64,000 nucleotides of DNA from Daphnia carinata (Eukaryota). Of this stretch, positions 52,801 to 64,000 are shown piece after piece. The stretch's first letter is position 1. Each line of letters begins with the position of its first letter. The notes under the pieces are model-generated. The model searched no databases. It saw nothing but the letters and a program-made list of their open reading frames with translations, and was not told the DNA's origin. The translations under genes were made by a program, and so were the position numbers. The DNA lies in NCBI RefSeq assembly GCF_022539665.2, contig NC_081331.1, forward strand, positions 12,028,001 to 12,092,000, given 5' to 3'.

Positions 52801-55800
52801 CAACTGTGCACACGTAGATTTTCTTGAACAAGACATTTCTTGCCCTATTACACCGAAGATTGGATACACCTAGAATTCTGGCAATCTTTTTGTTTCTGAC
52901 TGTTTCCCGATGCCAGCGAGATCCAACGGTGCCCTGTGCTCTGTTTTCTTCCTTATATTTGAAAAGCTATTCAGCGCCGAAAGGCTTTGATCTTGGCCAG
53001 AGAGCGTAAACTAGCAAGCTCATTTAGGATTCAACTCTATTTTGGGATATTTTTGTTTTACCCGTTTCCGACTGAAATCAACCGAATATCACACGCATAC
53101 AACACGCACTATCTCCTGACGAGTAAAGAAGCGATTACTAGATAAAATCCATTTCAAAGAAGCATGATAAGGAATTCCACATGGGGACCGAAAGTACAGT
53201 CGCAACGCTATCCGCTTCTCTCACAGAAAAGAAATACACAAACCGTAAGGGGATGTACAGTACAAAGCTAAACTGATTTTTTTTTCTTTTACCATTATGC
53301 TCGTTCTCTTCTCTGCTATAACTAGATTTTCTTCTATTGCAAATGGCCAATGGCTACGTATTTATTAGCTAAAGAGTAAGAAGTCCTGACATGATAGGTC
53401 CAACATCCATCTGCCAAGTTTTACACGTCTGAACAGTCAGTGCGAATCATCTGTGTACACAAAAGAAATCGAACCAAAAATCGTATTGCTTTTATGTTAT
53501 TCTTCTCTTTAAATTCTCTGTCCCAAATTTTTTGTTTGTTTTCATTTTGATTGGTTCGTCGCTTGCCAAGTATATTTGCAGCTAACAGGAAAAAGGAGGA
53601 CAGAGAAAATAATATGTACGATCAACTTGTCCGTCATGTGTAAATATCGTGCACTTGCACCCGTGCTCGTGTAACGCTCTTCTTTTTGTATGTTGTATGT
53701 TATTTTGAAACTATTTACAGTATGTATCGTCCCTGCGCTTGACTAAAGCTCAACTCTTCTTATTCCATTTTCCAATTTTCTTTTTGTTTATCTGACAGAG
53801 TTCTTTTAGTTCCGTCACTCTTCGGCTTTCTCGTGCTTTCTTCAGTTCCTTCACGACGTACATTTTCGCCTTCTCCTTGGTGTCTTTATTTGACTCTTGG
53901 GTAGCAACGTCAAGACTGAAAAAGAGGAAACGCCCGATCTCGGTCTAGAGGTAGAACCATGGAAAATGTGCAAGCGGATCATCGACCGGGGCAACGTTAC
54001 AAGAGACGCTGCTCCAACGCGTATGCCCATCACAGCAGGAAGAGGGAGAAAATACTCTTGAGACAAGCCTCTACGTATGTTACTTCGATCCATTTTCCTC
54101 CTTCCGTTTGGACGAATAGTTTTCTTTCTTTCTTTTTTTTTTGTGTGTGTGTTTATTTCTTTTTCAGTATTGTAATTTTTTTGTAGTCCTCCCGCCGTCA
54201 TTCGATTTCCGTCTCCTGCCATATAGCTAAGGTATTTTAATTGGCTGTCTCGCAAGCATCATTTATAACACACGTTCTTTATTCCATTATGCGTATGTTT
54301 TTTCTTTGTCTCCTTTTATAACGGATCCCTTTGACTTACAGAAATTCATATTCCGTAACGCATACCCCAAACACATAAAAAGTGTTGCACCATTGAAGCA
54401 AAGACGGTCCTTGTATGCATACAAATTCAAACTATTTACTTGGCCGCCTTGTTTACTATATCCAGGTGACATATAGAAGCCACGGCCTAGATCGGATCTT
54501 TCAGTTAACGAACAAGCTTGAGCACGACGAGTTTCCTTGAAGTATGAGGTGTTTTTGTACAGTCATTACTATCTAACACAATCTCAGCTAGTTTGTAGGC
54601 CAGCCATATTCTGTAGCGTCCCTGGAAGGGTGTTTTCTTCCACCTCAAACGGAAATTAAGAACGCAGACGATTCCGCAGAGCTAATTCCGACAGAGCTAG
54701 GGTTACCACTGCCGATGTGACTACAAATTTAGTAGTTGTCCTTCACTTTCCTTATTTCCATATTAAAACGGGAAAAAAGAGAAAAGAAAAGAACAGACAA
54801 AAACCTTAACGCAGTTGGCATTTTCTCGAAGGAAAAAAACAGAAAAAGGGTCGTCAGTGGTAGCCAGAAACGTGTCAAACCAAGCGCGCTAATTGACATC
54901 ATGCATTTCGACAACCGTCTGATCTGACAAACTATAAAAGGAAAACCCAATGGAGGGCGAAAATGGAACAAGTGATGCGGCTCTTTGGCCACCATTTCAA
55001 TGCCGTCAGTTTCGAGTAGTCTCGTTGACGTACAACTGCGAGCGCTAATTGGGACATGCCCGTGAAACGGAGCCTTCTTATTTCTTCTCCTTTTTTTTCA
55101 TACCCAAGCAAATAATCAGATAGACTTGTAGAATACACGTCTAATGTAATAAAATTTCTCCGGTTCGGAAATGTTTCACGAGAAAACAAAAAACAAAGAG
55201 CGTGATCTAAAACTGATTCACCTTTGTATTCCATTGTTCCGAAGAACATTCCCAGGTAACTTCCATATTCAAGCAACAATGATTAAATGACGTTGTCAAG
55301 GAGTTTTATTTCAACTTCATTGATCTGTTTTTTCCCATTTCTTATGTTCTTTTTCGTAGCGAAAAAGAGCGGGCGGATAGCATCATTTACCCTCGGAAGG
55401 TATATATATAGAATTCCACTTAACGATAGTAGCATCTTCTTGAAGGCTAAATCTAATCAGCGTGCCAATCTTGATTTAGAAATTTCATTACTCATTGTCT
55501 AGACTGGTGGATTATCTATGCAATATAGGGCTTACTTCCGAGGCAATTTGTGCTAGGCGATGAAGAAGAATCTATTCCGGAGGACGAAATAAAATTTAAA
55601 AGGATGGCGTCGAAGAAGAAGTGAGACATGTATCACGCTAAAGTTCCTGTCGACTTGACTGTCAATCACAGCTTTGTAGTTTAAGCCGAGACAACGAGCT
55701 CCAAGTTGTCTTGATTCAAACTACCTGCGTTTCTTTTCCCTTTTTCCGTTTGTGTAGTGAATAATACTTCGGTTTGCCGTCATTCTTCTTTTGCTTCTTC

Positions 55801-58800
55801 ATTGGTTGACGATGACTCGCTTTGATTTGAATCGCGTTTTGATTTGATTGATCTTCTTCCTAGGTTACAAACCTTCTGTTATGCTCAGCATATCATCCGC
55901 CAGGGTAGTGTAAATCAAAACGATTGCAATGATTGTCGTTTTATCGCCGATATCACGTATTATTTATTGTATTTTTGTGGAAAGGAACGCATTTATTACC
56001 AGCAAACATTTTTTATTTCCTTTTGTTTTTGCCATTGTTTTCCGTTCCGGATTTCTTTTTATTATCTCTGTGTGATCGTTTCTCATTTTCCTATTTCGCG
56101 TGTCTATTTTGATGTATCTTTTTTTTTGTTGCAGCGTTTTGTTTTTATTGTCATTTCCATTGCGTTTCGTTTTCTGGTTTTGCTGAACTCGGTTTCCACT
56201 TGTTTGGGACGAAATAGCCTAGAATCAGCGCCAAGAAATCCTGTGCCAAGATTCAGGTATATCGATAGAAGACGGCACAAAGAAAAGAGACAGAAAAAAA
56301 CTCTGCCAAAGATGAATAAGATAAAACGCCAATCGGGGCTCGACACTATCTGCGGATATATTATTTTCGCCATCTCTTCCGTCGCCGCACTTTGCTTTTC
56401 TATTCATTTCCCTCCCGATTATTGAACGCAGCTTAAAGATTTAGTGCGCAACATATAAAAGCAGACGTATGGAAGACAATATCACGTTGTACGTGCTTAA
56501 ACGCTTCTTTTTTTTATATTGTACGTATATTTTTTTGGCTACACTTGGGAAACCATGGCGTGATCGTGAAGGAAATATCAAAGAATTTTTTTCTCTTTTA
56601 TTTGTCCTCTTTTTTTTTCACGTGATGATATATTGGGGCGCTTTAAAAAAAACAACAAAAGAACTCAACGTACCGAACTGTGGTTCCAGCTGCAACAAGC
56701 CGTTCTATAAACGACGTTGAAAAATCATGATGGAAGAAGAGACTATTACATCCCCGACTCCTCCCATTCGTGCGATAAAGATTAGCAATTTAGCGAGTAG
56801 TCAACTGTGGGCAGTTCTAACTAACGTTTATGTTGGCGAACCATGTAGACTGAAATTTTTCTACCGCATTGTTTGACTCGTTTTCTGATTTTTCGTTCAA
56901 ACGAATAAAATTGCAAACGATCAGCAGGCTCAACGGTGATTTATCCGACACGGGAAAATATAAGGAACGTGGGATGGATCTGCGGTTGGCCATTATATTG
57001 AGAGGAAACTGCAATCTTGACGATCCTGGACATGTGTGTAGATTGTTCGGCTTCCAAAACGAATATCGTGTATACCCTGTTGTCTTCGTCTTTCTGTTTT
57101 CTTCTGTTTGGCCCATTCTTTGTTAGCTCCTTTCATCCATTATCGGCTAGTACCCTTTATAATGTATATTTCGGGAGAACGGAGTACAGGCGGCGATGAA
57201 GCATACACAAGTGGAGCGGACAAAAAGAAAAGTAACTATCATTAAGACTGTCCTGGCAAAGTCTCAACTCTTTAGCATCTTTCCCTCCATTCCCAATACA
57301 TTTCTTTTGCTTTCCCTACGTCATGCTTACAAGTTCCCTATTTTTTTTTTGTCCCGAACGACTGCTAAGCTGCGGCTGGAAAATTATGCTGGCCGAAAGA
57401 CAGGACTAGACGCTCTGCCCGATTTTCTCCGACCAAAGAAGAAGACGAAGAAAAGCCGAAACAGAATAGGTTCCCATAAAGACTGTTGTCAACCTTCGTT
57501 TCTCTTATTCGTTCTTTTTTCTTCTCCTCTCTTTCTTTTTGTGGAAGCTATATTTTCTTATTGTACCATTCTTTTTCTTTTCTTTGATTTCCCCCGTTTT
57601 TTTCCCTTTTGTCATTGTGAAATTCGTATGGACGACGAGAGACGACTAGCGATTACGCTTTGCAATCCGGTACAGTGCCCCGCCTGCCATCCCCATTCCG
57701 CTTCGTTAGGCATTGCACGAACGGGCGCAAGAAGGAATGGCAAATTGAATCACTTTGATTGCCTTTTGCCAGTCCATTTTCTTGTTTTCTACACGAACGC
57801 AAACGCTATACTGCTATATGGTGTTTTTTTTTTCTTTTTCTTCTAATGTTCGAGCGCGGCTGGGTATATAAGAATGAACAAAAGGGATAAATTATGCATA
57901 CGTACTCTGTTACTTGCAGCCTGAGTCTTTTCTGTCGAGCCTGCCATCGAGATCTTTTCTTTTGTGCCGTATACTATTTATACATACCCCCGCAATTATT
58001 CTACTCACGCCGACTTGAACGCTTGCCACCCTACAATTGCTGGCTTTCTGTCTTCTTCACGCGGCTTTGCGGACTGTTTAACACGTTGCGAACCGATCTA
58101 TTCCCGCCCAAAATTGAATACTCTCGGCCAATTCGGTTTGAGTTCCAAACCGATGCCGAGAACTACAATCCTAATTCACCTTTCACCTTTACATGGCTTT
58201 CGAAGAGCACCTAGCATCATCAATCCTAACGCGAGAATGCCTGAGTCGAATGTTACTCCTGCACCCCTTTTTTTTCTATGCTGGACGATAGTATCGATCG
58301 CGTAACTCTCGCTTTCCTTATCATCAGATCTTTTTTTTTTACGCCTTCTTCCTCTATTTTCTGTGTGTGCTTCTATCCCTTAACTGTCTCCTCCTGTTTA
58401 TACTCTCATATATATTTATGTACCAGGGCTGGCCCTTCTTATGTTTGTTTTCCTCTGTTTGTTTTCTTCGTCGTTTCCGTCCATTGCTGCCCTTCTTCCT
58501 CGATTCGCTTTCCACTTTCCCCCCTTTTTTTTCCCTCTGCTGGCCTGTGCAGTCAGCAGCGGCACGCGTCACTGCGTCCTCTCTTGCTTTACACCATAAG
58601 AGAGATGTATATACACTTTACAGACGTCAGGGCAGCGAAGGCATTCGGCTTGGAAGTCAGCTGTATATGGCAAAGGTCGGGATAAACCTGCTCTACCCGT
58701 CATTCAAACTAACCAACAAAATAGGACCGTTTGGCGTGAGCAATACGGACTGAGTAAGGATACTCTGGGGCGCTTCGAAAAGCCGCAAACTTTTGGAGCC

Positions 58801-61800
58801 GTTATGGAAACGAATTGCGTTTGCATAATTGGATGCGAAACAACGCAACAACCATCCAAGTTCTTACTCAACTCGGTCAAGCTTTTAGACCTATCTATCG
58901 ATTTACGTGCTTTACGCAGAGGACCCCGCTGGATGGGATAGGCATTTATCCCTGTAAGATTAAGCGTCTTCTCTTCAGCTGGACGTCTCACCGCTACAGA
59001 TAGATACACGTCTGTGGCGCGATAGTGGAGCATCAGTCGGGCACAAGTCAAATCAATTTCGTATAGTTGTCCCTCGAGAACGAGGGAAAAATAGAATGCG
59101 TTTTACGAAAATTTGCATGACGGACCTGCGCCGCGTATCCCGGTAATGCTGCATAACGCTACAGACGCTACACATACATTTTGATACGACCCTCACACCG
59201 CCGGAAAAAAATAATAAAAATAAAGTAGATGAGAAAAATAAAGATGTCTGCCGCTGCTGGATTATGCATTGCGCACTGTATACATAAGCATTATACAGCA
59301 TCTAAGCTCCTGATGCGGGACACCAAGAGCGAACCCAGAAATATCGCTCTCCATACAGTTTAGAGTCTAAACATCCTCGAGGGGTTTTCGGCTCTGATGA
59401 ATGCATAATTCGGTTTATACAGTATCATAGGATAGCGTTTATGCACGTGTGTCATTCCAATTCATTCTCGCCTGATCAATAGGGTCAACCCTTAACAAGG
59501 GGTTTGTAGTAATAAAAATTATTCCATGTTCGATGGCGGCAAAATGAAATTCAAAACCAGCGCATTTTTCGCGTCGTTAATCCGAATTCCTATGATAAAT
59601 CAAGAGAGAAGATCACCAAACTAATACCAAAGCAACTGAATGGCAAATTTGCTGTTTTAGCTGATTGTTTTTCGGCTATGGTTATTCCGGTGGAAGGAGT
59701 TTGATTGTATTGGCTATCACTTATGTACGTCTATACGTAGTTTCAGCCAAAAATAATTTAAGAAAGGATCTAGGCGCTATATAGTACGCTTGCTGGTTAT
59801 TAATGATGTAAATCTAGACTGTGTCGCACAGTTACCATATCCCCTTCCCAGCATAGGTAACGTGTCAGGTGCAGGTGGCTTCATCCCGAACCTTTTACGC
59901 GGATCGAAATATGCGATGAGGTTGAGCCGAGTGGGAATTGCCACCGCAATTAGAAATCCTTGTAATTTACAAGAGGGAGGCTATCCATTAAAAATCAACT
60001 GCACAGATTCTAAGTAAACGAAGAGAGCATTCAATTTTGACTAGCGAAGATTCAGGGGGTTGACTAAAAACAAAGAAAGTTTAAAATGAACAATAAAACT
60101 TTGGACAACGATTGAAACCAGTTCAGTTGAGATAATCACGTCTTTGCCTTTACTATAAATCCGTAAAATGTTAAGATTCTATAGAATTTCCAACTTGGCC
60201 GTCTTCATTCTTGTACTGCAAACATTCACGATTCACATCGGTTTCTATTGTGCAAAATTTTGGCGTAAAGCTTTTTCAGTTGTAAGCCTTTGCTGACGTT
60301 TATTTCCGTAGCTTGGCAACTACTTCATTCACCGTTTGGATAAGCCACCTTGAAAAGAAAAAAAATTGAAACATTCCTTCGACTTCAATATGGTAACCAG
60401 CCATGAAATTTGCCGGAAGTTATGCAATATTACATGCACATGCTTTATACCTAACCAAGTGAGCAGAGAGAGGTTTTTGTTTTATCATAAAGCTAACAAC
60501 GACGTGTTTTTTGTTTGCGTGTCTGCTGGGCAACAGTCATACGAGCCTGCGGAGTCATTGAAGCTTGCAAAAAAATTGCCTACCAATATTTATATATATG
60601 TTGTATATATTTCGTGTTCGCACGCCGTTTAAGTGTATACCATTCAATGGCAATATTGCCAAGAGAAAAATGTGAGATATAGTAATACAGTTATCCAGTG
60701 CATAAGTGAAAATAGAGGATGTGGCTTTCAGGATTTATTTTCAAATGAAAAAAGAAAATGTGGAAAACCAATTATATGGTCGTTTTAAATAACAGAAAAT
60801 TGAAGTATTTTTTTCTGTTTGTAAAGAAAACCTAAATGTATGCCTTTTCAATAAATCAACAGACTTCACAGTAAGTTTCTTGTTGACATTGTCCACTGCG
60901 TCGGTATGCAGTCGAACGTGAACTTCGGCCGCTGCTACGTTTGCCCTTGCTTCAATACATTTTTGCCCGTACAGCAGCGATGTTACAATCTCAGAAGAGT
61001 GTGGACTGTCGTTCAAGTTTAACACAAAGAATATTCCGCAATAATTGCATTGGCCTTTTTTCCGTTCTCTCTTAAACCTGTAACCAAGTCCTGCCATTCC
61101 GCTGTGGCAGGTTATCAATATAGGTTGATAGATAATTTTTTACAATAGTCCCATGTATTGAAAAGCTTGAATTTTTAAAATGTCATATCGTCGGTGCAAA
61201 ATAGTTTTAGGTATTTAAAAAAAAAAGATTTACATCTCTATTTCCCACTATTCGTTTCACGCCGTGACGAGCTTTATTGTCTGTTGAGCGCCCGGAGATC
61301 TTGAGCAAAAGAATGAAAGAAGATGACGGCTAGACGAAGAAAAAAAAAGAATGCGAAACGAGGACGCAGATCATTAAAGAGAAGCGAGTGAGAAAACTCC
61401 TCAATAGCCATTGGGTTAGCGGAGGCGGTGTTGAGGGATGTTACACATCGAATAAAGAAGAGGAAGAGCTGTAGAAGTGGATGAGTGAGAAAGGACTTGC
61501 TACTGTCTGGTGCTCAGGGAGTAAAGAAAAGAAAAGAGAAAAAGGAAAAGCTTCATTCTGTTATAACTGGGTTGCTGTCGGCAAAGAATAAAAATCCTAA
61601 CGAGCTTGGGATCTCGAGTGCTCTGGCATCCTCTTGGCCAGCGTACTAGTGTGATGAGATCGGTCCTTCAAACAGGCTCACTATGCGCTCTGTAAGTTGA
61701 ACGAGCTCCATCCGACATATCGTGTTATAACACAGAGTGGGGAGTGGCGGGGGGGAAAAAAGAAGAAGAAAACCATCTAAACTTGAGTTTTCTTATTGAA

Positions 61801-64000
61801 GAGTGAACGGGTATTCTTCAAGTTTTTCTGCCATGAATTCACAATTAAGAATCAGCGAGCAAAACTTTTTTTTCTTTCTTTATTGCCGTTTCTTTTTTTT
61901 TTTTTTTTTTGTTTAATTCTAAGAAGACCCAAGTGAAGTTATTGTTCGTGCACATCATCCCCTCTATTTCAATACTCAGGTTACCAGTTACGCAGTAATT
62001 TAAAGTGTAGTGGTATTTCAGAAAGAATGAGATGACTGTCATTAAGATGTTCTATTCCTAACAATAGGCTTTTCATTATTTTGGTAGTCTGTTTCACTTA
62101 TGTTAATCTGGAAGAGATTTTCACGGCTGTCGTAACGAACATGAGGGCAACATAAAAAAGCTCTCAACTGCCTGTATCAATAAACCCTAATCCATTATTT
62201 GTTATCACTGCCCTTACGAAAACATAATTACAATTTTCTGCAATATTCTTGTGAAACCAAAGGACTGCCATATCGATTACTTGATATGTGATGTTCCCTC
62301 GTTCATGCCACGAAGTAAAAATAGCGTGCAGCCTTTATTGCACTCGATATTGCAGCACGTTTCACGTTGGCAGGGGATTTCATAGGCGTGAGCTATACGC
62401 TCTGTGCACGCATAGTGCATAGGCACTGATTCAAAACGTACCTACACACTTGCCATTTTTACTTGTGATTTTTGAGAATTGTCAAAGAGAAAGAAAAAGA
62501 ACACAACAGAACGTAAAAAGAAGTAAATCTAAAAAAGACGCCCAAACTCACGTTGACGCCCTTATAATGTGTTTTTTTTTTGGGGGGGGGGGTTCCTTTT
62601 TACTCCTAGTTTCTCACTCTCTCCATCTTTGCTGACGGTAAGTTCTTTACACATACTCCATTCTTGTCAACCGACACAGTCCTCCCTCTTACTTCTTTTT
62701 TTTTTTTAATATATTTTCTAGAGTATATTTTCTACAGTAGATGTAGCACGAAGAAAGAGCCTTCGGGTCGTCTAAGACAGGCTCTTCGGACTTGCACGCA
62801 CGTTGCCCGGGTGATTTATCGCATACGTGCTGGTGACGTTTCCCTTGTGTGTGGTGAACAAGATGGAATGATGGACAAAATGTCCGACAATTGAGATGGA
62901 CAGACCTTTAGTACCTATTTTCCATATGGTCGGTACATCAACGACAATTGGTGGGCTATAGAACGCATCGTTTTTCTCGTGTTATGTACGGCATTCTTGT
63001 GAAACAATAGGCACATAAGCGCATAATAAAACACCGCCTATGTTTGTGTACAAGGGCTTGTTCAATCTATGTGTTGGCTCTCATCTACAAGTGCTGACTT
63101 AGCAGACGCGTGTATATCTCAATCTCGACATTACTGTGCGAACCATCCTCCTCTTTATCTTTACTTCTTTTCTTTTTTACACGGAGATCTTTCACGTCTC
63201 CTTACAGTAGACGATGATATAATATCTCATCGTACGACCCTTAGCCATCAAGTTGTGGGCCGTTATGTATGGCCCTGTCGAACACACCCTCGGTATGCTC
63301 TACTACAATATCTTTTACAAATTTATTGTAGATCGTATACGTACCTACGTAGTTGCACATTTACGGCCAATGCTTAGGCTGTCTGCACATACACACAAAC
63401 GTGGATTTAATGTTGATTTAGATACACTCGATGTGTCATAAAACAAAGATGCAAAGCACTTTGAACGCTTCAATTTATAATGTTTTACTTTACTCTGAGC
63501 GTTTCAAAAATTCTTTGTCATCTATAGCATAGATTGTTATTATAATACACAAGGTAAATTCTAAATGCTTATCGGTGTGTCTGTGTTGAAGGTATATCGA
63601 CTATCGCTGTACTCTATCGTAAATAAATTAAAGCATCGAGATGCGAAAAACGTTTGGACAGCGAAACGAGGGAAACGTTTTCCGAATAATCATAATTGAA
63701 ATAGTTAAAGTGAAACTCTTGCATCAAAAAGTGTCACGATGCCTTGCAAGATAGGCGTCATAAAATGAAACCAAAGATAAATAAAAAAACTAAAATAAAT
63801 AAGAAAGTAAACGAAATAAAAAAAAAGCGTGGAAATTGAAAATGGCAGAGCGTTGCGCTTCCGCTTTCTTCCCAACATCCCAGCGCGTGGCAATCGATTT
63901 TCCGATGCATATTTATTCACTTTCGTTTATTTTTTCTGAAATTTTTTTTGTATTTCAACTTGCTCTCCCTTCACGCAAGCTCTCAACTCCTTCATTTCAT

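Noticed and set aside
53062..55552. Tiny AG...GT segments of 10 nt (53062-53071) and 17 nt (55536-55552) in the large intron
   Set aside because: They are frame-shifting lengths, and they show that such patterns arise by chance.
55844..58753. Plus-strand ORFs of 106-216 aa inside the large intron of gene B
   Set aside because: Phe/Leu-rich because of T-tracts, with no recognisable domain.

Overview
Eukaryotic, AT-rich, intron-rich DNA. It looks arthropod, plausibly a Daphnia-like crustacean, inferred from short introns and protein similarity. No prokaryotic features are present. The window holds two tandem neuroligin genes on the minus strand. Gene A is complete: 12 coding exons, 26677->14740, 3672 nt / 1223 aa, arthropod Nlg1-like. 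Gene B is 5'-truncated: 7 coding exons, 47647->35450, Nlg3-like, ending in the PDZ-type tail DELRV; its first coding exon lies beyond the window end, across an intron of more than 16 kb. Both have the catalytically dead cholinesterase-like domain (GHGTG in place of GxSxG), a transmembrane helix and a long cytoplasmic tail. Positions 1-14.7 kb and about 27.5-34 kb show no supportable coding sequence. The most interesting signals concern splicing: (i) an intron of gene A that has no GT/GC donor if the conserved FGGD motif is kept (GG-AG, flanked by GGGAT direct repeats); (ii) a candidate 27-nt in-frame microexon at the splice-site-A position of gene B, carrying a U1-snRNA-like sequence able to fold back onto its own 5' splice site; (iii) further candidate cassette exons and tandem splice sites at site A in both paralogs; (iv) an 8-nt AUG-containing candidate 5'UTR microexon. 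All exon calls were made by hand from translation and splice signals, without transcript evidence.
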